Below, piece after piece: positions 55,120-63,491 of a stretch of DNA of 64,000 nucleotides. The notes beneath the pieces are model-generated. The model saw nothing but the letters and a program-made list of their open reading frames with translations, made no database searches and was not told the origin of the DNA. Origin of the DNA: a virus. Both the position numbers and the translations under genes were made by a program. The stretch lies in IMG/VR virus record IMGVR_UViG_3300045988_106448; one strand, written 5' to 3'. Every line of letters starts with the position of its first letter. Position 1 is the stretch's first letter.

Positions 55120-55248
55120 AATGTTTAGTTTTTAATTGTTTATTGTTTGTTTTGGGTGGGGGCTTTGTGCCCCCTGTTTGTTATTACAAATGTACAACTT
55201 TTATTTGTATCTGCAATGAAATTTAAGATATTTTCTTAATAATTTCGG

Positions 55249-55836
55249 TTATTCAAGCGTTATCCTGTAATAGGTTTCCAATACCCGTGCGAAAATGGCA
55301 TTAATAGCGGGTGAAAACGCTTTTACAAGAGTATTCTCGAGCAAGTACGTTTCCTCAAAGTACTCCCGCAATAATTGTACTCCCATGCGGAGATCGGCGG
55401 CATCCGTGCAACAAAAGTACGGGAAAATAAAGTTTACAATATAATTGGCAGCGGGCGAAAAATCACCATGCCCCGGGGCGAACACGGGGTTTGTACCTAA
55501 TTGCGCTTGTAAAGCCGTTGTAATGGTGTTTACCGCTTGTTTGGTGGCGTACAAATCTACCCGCCTGTTAAGCAAATAAGGCGTTAAGCGTTTACGCACG
55601 TAATTAGCCGGGGTAACGGGGTACCCGAGCGGGCACAGTACCACGCTATTCGGAGTTACCCGTATTAGGGTGTACGGCACGGGGCATTTACCGTGCACAA
55701 AATACACCGCCATACCGGGTTGAATTAAGGTTTGCAAAGCGTAGGCAAATGTAGGGAGTTCCCCCTTAACGGGTGCGGTTGCGTTGTTTATAACTTGTTG
55801 CGGGTTAAACGTGTTTAGGGTGTTGTATGTTGCCAT
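55249..55836 (-). CDS. hypothetical protein
   Basis: 195-aa ORF. It is the last convincing minus-strand gene before the ORF-free region. Confidence 0.35.
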   Translation of the reverse strand: MATYNTLNTFNPQQVINNATAPVKGELPTFAYALQTLIQPGMAVYFVHGKCPVPYTLIRVTPNSVVLCPLGYPVTPANYVRKRLTPYLLNRRVDLYATKQAVNTITTALQAQLGTNPVFAPGHGDFSPAANYIVNFIFPYFCCTDAADLRMGVQLLREYFEETYLLENTLVKAFSPAINAIFARVLETYYRITLE

Positions 55837-56545
55837 TTTATTTAAGTTTTAAAGGTTATTACTGTTTGTTACCGGGGCTAGCCCCGTTGTGTTATTTGCA
55901 TATACAAATATAATACAATTATTTGGTACTACAATAAGTTAGCACAATTAATTCAACTTTTAGGGCTTATTTATATCCATTATAAACAATTCCAGCGGGT
56001 AGCGGCTATTGTATAACCGGGGGTTATTGGTTATGCGGATTAGGTATAACAAAAAGTTATTCTTAATATTATTGCAGCCGTTAAGGCTGCATATACAGGC
56101 GTGCCACCTATACGGGCACACGGGGGTCGTATAGCCCGGTAGGGGCGTTATTGGGGTGTAAAGGGTGTAACAGGTAGGCGGGGTATATTGGGACGTGCCG
56201 TGGATACCAAAACGAGCGGGAATTAATTTTGCTCCTAGCCAACCGGGGTAAAAATATTTTGGGGCATAACTTTTGGTTATCGGGGTATAACTAAAAGTTA
56301 TAGGAGTAAGGGGTAACGGACGTGGAGGGGGCGTGGTAACTACACGTACCCACAGGGGAATAGGGTGGGAACGAATGCGGGGTTGCCCCTGACAGGGGGT
56401 TATATTAGGGAATGGAATTGGTTTTGGGCGGTACCCGATAAAAACATTTTGGGCAACCCACAGCCCGATAGGGCTACGCATACAGGGGCTAGTAATAGTA
56501 TAGGGTAATAGGGTACACGGGTATCGAGGGGAGGTGTACGGGGTG

Positions 56546-56680
56546 TTTTGAGGGGTGCGGTTTAGGGTAGTTTGAGAGGTTGATAGGGTGTTACGGGCGG
56601 GGTTGATAGGGTAATTTGAGCGGTTTGGTTTAACCGCTAGGAACGTTTTTACGAGTGGTTATTTGGGGTATTTTGAGCGG
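56546..56680 (+). repeat. iteron-like repeats TTTGAG(N)GG x4 and TTGATAGGGT x2
   Basis: ttttgagggg (56546), tttgagagg (56571), tttgagcgg (56615), ttttgagcgg (56671). ttgatagggtg (56580) and ttgatagggta (56603). Confidence 0.5.
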
Positions 56681-56928
56681 TTTTGTTGCGGGCGTGTTTC
56701 CCAATACTAGCGCCAAAGCACGCAACACCCTCCCAATCCTTCCCCACTCAACCGCCCTGTAACCCCGCCAACAAGTCTCCACAGTTTACCCCCGTCCATT
56801 ACCCCTCTACCCTATGCCCGTGCCATGCCCCACGGTTATACTGATAACGTGCGGGCTTGTGTGTAGTTGGTGGGTGCGCTGCGTGTCCACGGCGCACCCG
56901 TGGAATGCGTGTGCCCGGTTTACAGACT

Positions 56929-57022
56929 GTAAGCAAAACCACCGCAAAAAGTTACAAATTGTAATCATTGCTAGGTATTACAATATATAAGCAAAACGGG
57001 TCATTTTGATTACAAATTGTAA
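56929..57022 (+). repeat. direct repeat (~59-bp period) of gtaagcaaaac...N12...TTACAAATTGTAA, each copy with a 13-bp palindrome
   Basis: taagcaaaac at 56930 and 56988. The perfect palindrome ttacaa-a-ttgtaa sits at 56952 and 57010, in an AT-rich island inside the C-rich arm. Confidence 0.55.
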
Positions 57023-57868
57023 GTTTAGGGATAAAATACGGATGCGGTTTTACCCGCCAAACATAGCCCCTAACAGATCGGAGAGAGTGTCACGGAGGGG
57101 TACACCACCCCCTCCCCCGGAGATCATGAACGTCGTGTAAATCCGGAAGCTACAATAGACGGCGTAAAGGGCTCGTGGAGGCAAAGAAAGGAACCTCCCC
57201 GAATAAAACCCCCGAGAGCAACCTCCTAATCCTATACAGACATTATAGAGATCTCCAAGAAACCCCTGACTCCCATCCCTAATCCCATTGAAACACGTCA
57301 GTCATTTGCAGTAGAACCCCTGAGAATAATCCTCAACCTCCTCCCCCGAAAACCAACCCCAACAATATATCTGGAGAACCCCTTGTCGAAACCCTGATAC
57401 CTACCCCTGCCTCTATTACCCCATGTAGCCCTATACCCCTACCCCATGTCATCAGTATCCAAAACACATTTTCTTTTTGTGATAACCTACTCCACCCCCG
57501 GATGATTACACGTGGAGAATCCTAGCGTCGATAAATCCTAAAACCGAATTTTCAAATTTTTAGAAATTCCGCCTGATCCGAAATTGTCATTTACCGATTT
57601 CACGGATGGTGTTGGAAGTCGGCTCGGTAGATGACACGCTTCTCCTACACACCCCTCTCCACGCCTCTTTTCGTCTAGAAAGAGAATAACACGGGTGTCG
57701 ACACGTGGACATACTGTTTGTCCACGGTGAAATAACGGATTCACTCTGAAGTCACATCGGTAATTGGGAACGTGATAGGAACCCTCCTATCGAATTCCTA
57801 TACCCCTCCCCGCACCACTATCGTTCCCGTCAGAATATCATATCATCGACAGATTTTCCTATCCAAAA

Positions 57869-58570
57869 TTGCAACTCTCCACGTCGACACGGCGTATAGG
57901 GGTTGTATTTAATCGCCTGTTGGCACTAACACTTAAAACGAGAAAGATTATGACAGACAATCAAGCACTCAATCTTGGCATGGCAATGCACCTCCTATTC
58001 AACTCTCTAAGCTACGGTCGCGACATCGTAAACAAATCCATGGAATGCCACAGCCATGACCGTAACAACACGGTCACGATCAACTACTCCTTCATCGGTG
58101 GACACCTCACTATCAATTGGGTCACCGTGGGTGATAACAGAGATGACGACATGACCATTGCTCTGCGACGGATGGTTGCCACACTCGAGGATGGGGAGGA
58201 CTCTACCACGCCCCTGTTCAACATCGATCGATGCAACGGTCTTTACAATAGTCCATTCCACACCCTAGCGGATGACGAGAAGGAATGGGCACGTGAAACC
58301 ATAGCAAATCACAACACCACGTATCAGCAGTGTTCACTTTCTATCATCGGTCGTGGACTGCCTCCGAGCACGCCAAAACATTCCCCCACGTTGACACCTT
58401 CCTATTTACAGCATCAACGCATGAAACTTGCCACGAAACTCTATTCCCAATTCCTCAGTGAGTACACGGGTTCGATCGCTGACGTGGAGGATGACAGCAA
58501 GAAATTGGCATCCGTAGCCGTGGCATCGGCTGATATACTTATCAACCAACTTAAATCTCAGGAATCATGA
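57869..58570 (+). CDS. hypothetical protein (first gene after the noncoding region)
   Basis: 233-aa ORF preceded by an AAAGATTATG start context. Confidence 0.35.
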   Translation: MQLSTSTRRIGVVFNRLLALTLKTRKIMTDNQALNLGMAMHLLFNSLSYGRDIVNKSMECHSHDRNNTVTINYSFIGGHLTINWVTVGDNRDDDMTIALRRMVATLEDGEDSTTPLFNIDRCNGLYNSPFHTLADDEKEWARETIANHNTTYQQCSLSIIGRGLPPSTPKHSPTLTPSYLQHQRMKLATKLYSQFLSEYTGSIADVEDDSKKLASVAVASADILINQLKSQES

Positions 58571-58845
58571 CAAATCATCAAATTCAAGAAAATTTTACAT
58601 TTCCTCAGGAAACATATCAGGCGATTGGCGTGACGTACTATCGCAAGATACCCCCACGGGGCACTATAACCGGACCGATAATAGTATCAGCGTGGGTAAC
58701 GGTGAAAACGAAGTACCAACTGAACTCCCTATTCATCACTGAACTCGCACGAGAACAGATTCCAGACTTCGATAGATTATTTCATCCGGAAAGTTATAAC
58801 ACCCCGGCGGCAAACGAACGTTTAACTCGATTACATCTGTTGTGA
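58567..58845 (+). CDS. hypothetical protein
   Basis: 92-aa ORF, ATGA-coupled to the upstream gene. Confidence 0.3.
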   Translation: MTNHQIQENFTFPQETYQAIGVTYYRKIPPRGTITGPIIVSAWVTVKTKYQLNSLFITELAREQIPDFDRLFHPESYNTPAANERLTRLHLL

Positions 58846-58983
58846 TATGGACGCTAAAAATTTTCGCAAGCAATTGATAGAAGTGGTTCAGTTCCTAATC
58901 CTTGGATTAATCCTAGTTCTAGGCGGCATGGTGATAGGCTTCGTTTTCGTGAAGGGCATGGACATTTTAATAGGTTTTAGATA
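58846..58983 (+). CDS. small membrane protein (45 aa, not in the ORF track)
   Basis: Reads MDAKNFRKQLIEVVQFLILGLILVLGGMVIGFVFVKGMDILIGFR, a single TM helix. Coupled to the next ORF (TAATG overlap at 58981-58986). Confidence 0.3.
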
Positions 58984-59235
58984 ATGAGAAAGAGAAATAG
59001 ACGCCTTACCCCTGATGACATTCAGCAAATCATCGTGTTTGGCTGCATGATAATCGGCATAATTGTCACTCACCTATTCTACACGCCGTGGTCAGAAATA
59101 TTTAACGAACACCCGTTCTTCACGGCGTGTTGGGGCATCATCGTGTACACGTTCGCTGGATTGATATTCGGTGAAGTGGTAGGCATCATCCTATGGTTGT
59201 TTTATGACTGCATAACTGATGATAGTATTGATTAA
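58984..59235 (+). CDS. small two-TM protein, paralog family member 1
   Basis: 83 aa, two hydrophobic helices, PWSEIF motif, acidic C-terminal end (ITDDSID). Confidence 0.4.
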   Translation: MRKRNRRLTPDDIQQIIVFGCMIIGIIVTHLFYTPWSEIFNEHPFFTACWGIIVYTFAGLIFGEVVGIILWLFYDCITDDSID

Positions 59236-59256
59236 TAACAAGAAAAAGGAAAAATA

Positions 59257-59496
59257 ATGGAAAATGGATACAAAGACCTCGGTATAAAAACGTTCGCATG
59301 GTGCTGGATCATCTGTGCCATTATCGGTAACATGATAATGTTACCGTGGAGCGAAATATTCGCCGGACAGCACTCCCTACTCGACATCGTGTGGAATGTT
59401 TTCGTCATCAGCTTATGTAGCTTTTTCGTGGCGGTAGCCCTTGCGATATTTATCGACATACTGTGCGAAGATGATGATGGTACAAGCGGTTATTAA
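59257..59496 (+). CDS. small two-TM protein, paralog family member 2
   Basis: 79 aa. Shares the PWSEIF motif with the previous ORF. Acidic tail CEDDDGTSGY. Confidence 0.4.
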   Translation: MENGYKDLGIKTFAWCWIICAIIGNMIMLPWSEIFAGQHSLLDIVWNVFVISLCSFFVAVALAIFIDILCEDDDGTSGY

Positions 59497-59508
59497 TAAA
59501 TAAAGATT

Positions 59509-59715
59509 ATGAAAATAGATTGGGTTTTCGTTAGATACATTACTATCGGCATCGTGGCTGGAATACTCGTGTTTAACGGCATAGGAGAAAACGTATGGAG
59601 ACTAGAAGAGCCTCCCTATTTATTTCTAACCGGGCTGTCAGCGTTGGGCGGCTTCTTCGGGTGGATGTTTGGATATATTGCTTATGATTCTAAAGATGAT
59701 AATTATGACTACTGA
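59509..59715 (+). CDS. small two-TM protein, paralog family member 3
   Basis: 68 aa. Has GGFFGWMFGYIAYDSKDD, the Gly-rich GW motif plus acidic tail. Confidence 0.4.
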   Translation: MKIDWVFVRYITIGIVAGILVFNGIGENVWRLEEPPYLFLTGLSALGGFFGWMFGYIAYDSKDDNYDY

Positions 59716-59932
59716 AAAGAAATTTATATTTGTAGGAGCCGTGGTGGGCTTCATTCTAGTACTGTTAATCATACTGATCCCTATGTGGTATTGCGCTGAG
59801 GATTTGCATGATAGTGAACAGCTAATTAAACTATGCACGGGAACGGCGGTTTTCGTGGTGTTGGGAGCGTTCTTTGGCGGATTTGGAGGTTGGGGCTTGT
59901 ACGATATGATGACCGATGATTCTTTAAACTGA
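59706..59932 (+). CDS. small two-TM protein, paralog family member 4 (start taken at MTTEKK)
   Basis: Has GAFFGGFGGWGLYDMMTDDSLN. Its start overlaps the stop of the previous ORF (ATGACTACTGA). Confidence 0.35.
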
Positions 59933-59938
59933 TGAATT

Positions 59939-60145
59939 ATGAAGAAGAAAAATTACTCGTTAGCGGGGCTAATTATAGGGCTCGTATTCATTAACGCTCT
60001 GTTTATTCCTATATGGTTTATCACGGACGATTGGCAATATGACACCAACAAATTATTCAAATTGATTTATGGCATGATTATCATGAATCTAGGATTCGGA
60101 GCGTTAGGTTTGGTTGCCGGGTGGGGGTTGAGCCAGGATGATTAA
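59939..60145 (+). CDS. small two-TM protein, paralog family member 5
   Basis: 68 aa. Has GFGALGLVAGWGLSQDD. Confidence 0.4.
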   Translation: MKKKNYSLAGLIIGLVFINALFIPIWFITDDWQYDTNKLFKLIYGMIIMNLGFGALGLVAGWGLSQDD

Positions 60146-60203
60146 TTATTGAACCAGAATTTTAGGATGTTTCCTTGGGATTCCTATTTTTACCGCTAAC
60201 TTT

Positions 60204-60815
60204 GTGGCGTTAACTAATAAGACAAACATTATGAGAACAGTCAAAGACAATTTTTCAAAGGTACGTAGAATTTATCTATGCAGTAACTCACGGCTAAAGA
60301 TGCCTTTTGAAAAGGCGATACAACAAATCAGAGCGGTTGATTCTGATGCTGAAATCATTAATATTTCGGATTATCAACGTAAGGAAATAAAATCGCTTGT
60401 TGCTAATTACGATGAAGTTGTGTTAATATCAGACAATTTAAAAAGCATGAACACGGCGGGTGTAACCTTCCTATTATTGGAACAGAATTACTCTACTGGG
60501 TATTTCTTTGACATGATAGATAAAATTATGTATCTTTCCGAGGATGATGCTGTTTTCTTCGAAAAGTACTATTATTTACAAAATTCTATCCAGATGGAAA
60601 AGAATCATGTAAACGATGGCATTAATTCATTTTATCTATCATCTGGAAGTTTCCACACGTTATATGCTTGCGTGTATGACCTTGATAATATCAATGAAAA
60701 CACGAAAAACAATTTATTCAGTTTTATTGAAGACCCTCGTGAAGTTTATCTGATACCCTGCCGTGACGTTTCAGATTTAACAGTATTAGCAAATTTTGAA
60801 AATTACGATAAATAA
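60204..60815 (+). CDS. hypothetical protein (AT-rich island)
   Basis: 203-aa ORF, conspicuously AT-rich with Asn/Tyr/Ile-rich coding. Confidence 0.3.
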   Translation: MALTNKTNIMRTVKDNFSKVRRIYLCSNSRLKMPFEKAIQQIRAVDSDAEIINISDYQRKEIKSLVANYDEVVLISDNLKSMNTAGVTFLLLEQNYSTGYFFDMIDKIMYLSEDDAVFFEKYYYLQNSIQMEKNHVNDGINSFYLSSGSFHTLYACVYDLDNINENTKNNLFSFIEDPREVYLIPCRDVSDLTVLANFENYDK

Positions 60816-61107
60816 AATTATGTCAGGAGTACACATTTTATATCAGAAGAGTTGCCGTTGCGTTGAAGCGATACAGTATGACGGGAAAAACGGCAGGGAC
60901 ATTAACAAGTGGCTCAAGGAATCTACCAATGGAGCCGCCGTGGTGGCGTTCGACGAAGTCGACGTTGAGATTATCATTAATGACGGAGAAGACCGCCTCC
61001 TCCATGCTATACCGGGCGATTGGGTGGTATATGAAGAATGTCCCATTGGTAGCACTCCAGAAGTATGGGTGATGCCTAACGTGGATAGAGTAGAACATTT
61101 TAAATAA
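60796..61107 (+). CDS. hypothetical protein
   Basis: 103-aa ORF. Confidence 0.3.
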   Translation: MKITINKIMSGVHILYQKSCRCVEAIQYDGKNGRDINKWLKESTNGAAVVAFDEVDVEIIINDGEDRLLHAIPGDWVVYEECPIGSTPEVWVMPNVDRVEHFK

Positions 61108-61115
61108 CATGAATT

Positions 61116-61505
61116 ATGACAAAGCCTTATTACATGAGACCGAAACCCACGACAGTTCCTTCCAATATGAACGCATGGGTTGACCTGCAAAGTTTCTGTG
61201 TTCATCGTGTGTCACACACGGCAGAGAAGCAATCCCGTTTCCTATGTCGCCTCGGTACTGATGGCACCCCGTGTAAACACGTGAATTGTCCTCTGAAAGA
61301 CGTTCAGCTAGGCACGGACAACCTCGAGAAACTGTATCAAGAAATGCTAAGCATCGAGGAAGAGTTCGTGAGTTATGACCCCGCTACCGGAAAGCGTAAT
61401 AACGCCAGACCGATAGCACTGAAACACATGACGCATGATCCTATCATCATGAAGCAATTGAAAGCCTACATTAAGATACGGAAGGAGGATGTCGATGAAT
61501 CGTAA
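61116..61505 (+). CDS. hypothetical protein
   Basis: 129-aa ORF with several Cys/His residues (CVHRVSH...C..C.H.NC). Confidence 0.3.
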   Translation: MTKPYYMRPKPTTVPSNMNAWVDLQSFCVHRVSHTAEKQSRFLCRLGTDGTPCKHVNCPLKDVQLGTDNLEKLYQEMLSIEEEFVSYDPATGKRNNARPIALKHMTHDPIIMKQLKAYIKIRKEDVDES

Positions 61506-62046
61506 AGAACTCGTAGCCGCTCTTAAACAGTTGGTAATACAAAGACCAGATTATCGTATCGTTGCAACGCCCTTGGCGTCCACGTGGCTAAGCCCGGAAA
61601 TGAATCCGGTGTTAACTTATCCCTATCGTGCTCCTAACTTTAAAGAAATTTCCAAGTACATCATAGAAATATGTAATAAATTGGGTGTAGGATTTGGAAC
61701 GTCCAAAATTCCTTCCGGTGGTGAATTGCTTGCCAGATGGGAGTTCGACATGACGCCTTTCGACGTAATTGATAAGAAAGACTATATCGAAAACATGATA
61801 CGTTGCCTCCTACCAGAATGTCGCATTAAAATGCACTATCAGTATAGTTCCACGTTCACGGGCATCGTAGTTGGGGTACGTGATGATTGTTTGCAGTTAA
61901 ATGTCATTAAAGATAATGATCAGATGTTTTACGGTGAGGTTTCCATGAGGGATATTGAAGATATCGATTTGGAACATGGGAAGGTAGCGTTACTTCCAGA
62001 TGCCATTATTAGTTTGACGGCACTTGAACGATTAAGATATATGTGA
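61489..62046 (+). CDS. hypothetical protein
   Basis: 185-aa ORF. Confidence 0.3.
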   Translation: MSMNRKELVAALKQLVIQRPDYRIVATPLASTWLSPEMNPVLTYPYRAPNFKEISKYIIEICNKLGVGFGTSKIPSGGELLARWEFDMTPFDVIDKKDYIENMIRCLLPECRIKMHYQYSSTFTGIVVGVRDDCLQLNVIKDNDQMFYGEVSMRDIEDIDLEHGKVALLPDAIISLTALERLRYM

Positions 62047-62086
62047 GATTTTACGGATAAATCCTTGCACTCCTAATTTAAGGTGT

Positions 62087-62094
62087 TACATTTG
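62087..62094 (+). promoter_or_regulatory. -7 promoter element TAcaTTTG
   Basis: 22 nt upstream of the ATG at 62116. Confidence 0.4.
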
Positions 62095-62115
62095 TACTAT
62101 AAACACTGAAAAACT

Positions 62116-62586
62116 ATGAAGAAATTCAAATTGCAGACGATAACCATAGAGGGGGTAGACGGTACAACCCACACCCTACAAATGACCTCTCTTAGATACT
62201 CTCAAAGCGGTGAAGTTACAATAGTGGGGCAGTTAACCGACCAATCCAGTATTGATTACATAAACGAGCCGTTGGACATTCCAAAGGGCAAACTTCGCCC
62301 GACCATGTGGTGCAGCGCACTAGTACGGTTTAATCTAGACGGCGTTCGTAGGACTGCCGCCATAACGCATACCACGTGCCGGGCGTGGCGTATCATCAAT
62401 CTGGATTTAGGAGTGGCATGGGTTCCGGCGAACGCTTTCAGATGGTCAGAATCCTCTAAACAATTCATTCTTAACCCCGGTTACGAACCTGATTTCACTA
62501 CGGATGTTGCCGAAGGTATGATGCAATACCCGTATCGTATGGAAGTTGAATCCGAGGAATTACGTTACGATTATAAAATAGATTAA
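62116..62586 (+). CDS. hypothetical protein
   Basis: 156-aa ORF. Confidence 0.3.
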   Translation: MKKFKLQTITIEGVDGTTHTLQMTSLRYSQSGEVTIVGQLTDQSSIDYINEPLDIPKGKLRPTMWCSALVRFNLDGVRRTAAITHTTCRAWRIINLDLGVAWVPANAFRWSESSKQFILNPGYEPDFTTDVAEGMMQYPYRMEVESEELRYDYKID

Positions 62587-62587
62587 T

Positions 62588-63154
62588 ATGGTTAAAGCAA
62601 TACGTATTACAAGCCTGTACGGAGTTGACCCTCATGACCCTCCTATTACAGAAAGTAAATCTTTTGAAACCGCTTCTACAATTGAAGAATTAGGACAGAA
62701 GTTGACAGGGATTTACGCATCAATGTATCGCCAACATTTTCAATGGGATTTGATTCTTAGAGATGACTATCGTATCATTCATGTTATTGGTACAGAATCC
62801 ACTTTTATTAACCCCACAAGCAAAACAGGTTCGGGTTGCCATTTAAAAATTTCTGATTACTTCTTAATTATAGGAGAAGAAGATATCTATTCAGATACGA
62901 ATGCTTGTGCTGAAGAAATTGCTGAAAAAGAAGAAGAGGAATATACAAAAGCATATCAAAGAGAAGTAAAACGAATAGCAGAAGCCTGTAACGAAATTAA
63001 CCAGAACGAAGAGGCTCGTAGTTGGGCTGAATGGTGGATTGATAAGCATACACCATGGATAGGTGAATTAATGCTAAAAGGAAGTTTTCACGACCTCCTA
63101 ACAGAAGTTATTATGAACGTTTATAAAAGATTGAAAGATGTGGATCAAGATTAA
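62588..63154 (+). CDS. hypothetical protein
   Basis: 188-aa ORF. Confidence 0.3.
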   Translation: MVKAIRITSLYGVDPHDPPITESKSFETASTIEELGQKLTGIYASMYRQHFQWDLILRDDYRIIHVIGTESTFINPTSKTGSGCHLKISDYFLIIGEEDIYSDTNACAEEIAEKEEEEYTKAYQREVKRIAEACNEINQNEEARSWAEWWIDKHTPWIGELMLKGSFHDLLTEVIMNVYKRLKDVDQD

Positions 63155-63491
63155 TGGAACTCCGGTGCAAGCCATGGACATTGAAGAAGTTTGTGTTTTT
63201 AATTGGTGGGACACAAAGCGTGTGTTAAACATGGATGCCTTTACACTGGAGGAATTTGAAACCAAATATCCAAACCACATGACTTCTTATTTCGTGGTTG
63301 TTTACATGAAGCCACAATCTACTGGAGTTAATTCGTGGTCGAGAATGAAATATTTCTCAAAGCCTTTTCCAACACGTTGGGAAGCGGAACAAGTACGTGA
63401 TGAACTCCTAACCAAACTGAATACGATAGAAGTTCAAATAGAAAACTTTAGTATTAACCCAAGACCAAAACAAAATGACATCGAAAATTGA
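63138..63491 (+). CDS. hypothetical protein
   Basis: 117-aa ORF. Confidence 0.3.
   Translation: MWIKINGTPVQAMDIEEVCVFNWWDTKRVLNMDAFTLEEFETKYPNHMTSYFVVVYMKPQSTGVNSWSRMKYFSKPFPTRWEAEQVRDELLTKLNTIEVQIENFSINPRPKQNDIEN

Larger units (their letters stand above)
55960..57868. other. ~1.9 kb ORF-free structured region: G-rich arm (55960-56700), C-rich arm (56700-57480), iterons and palindromes. Candidate origin, genome terminus or large ncRNA.
   Basis: No credible ORF over 1.9 kb in an otherwise gene-dense genome. Plus-strand G>>C flips to C>>G near 56700. The two arms share degenerate inverted similarity (for example tagggctac on both arms in opposite orientation). Dense GGG(G) tracts. It separates a minus-strand gene block from a plus-strand block. 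Confidence 0.5.

Noticed and set aside
55140-55200. Hairpin gggggc-tttgt-gccccc with T-runs on the plus strand, between two minus-strand genes, as a terminator.
   Set aside because: Its orientation fits a plus-strand terminator, but no plus-strand gene lies upstream. It more likely belongs to the 5' leader of the minus-strand gene 54481..55119, whose -7 element (the CAAATGTA complement) lies just upstream at ~55183. I did not call it a terminator.
55960-56481. 173-aa minus-strand ORF in the track (Pro-rich: PKPIPFPNITP..., TPPPRPLPLTP...).
   Set aside because: It lies in the strongly G-rich (plus) / C-rich (minus) arm of the noncoding region. The proline and threonine richness is just CCN/ACN codons from strand composition bias. 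It has no start context or coupling and no similarity to any family, so I treat it as a spurious ORF.
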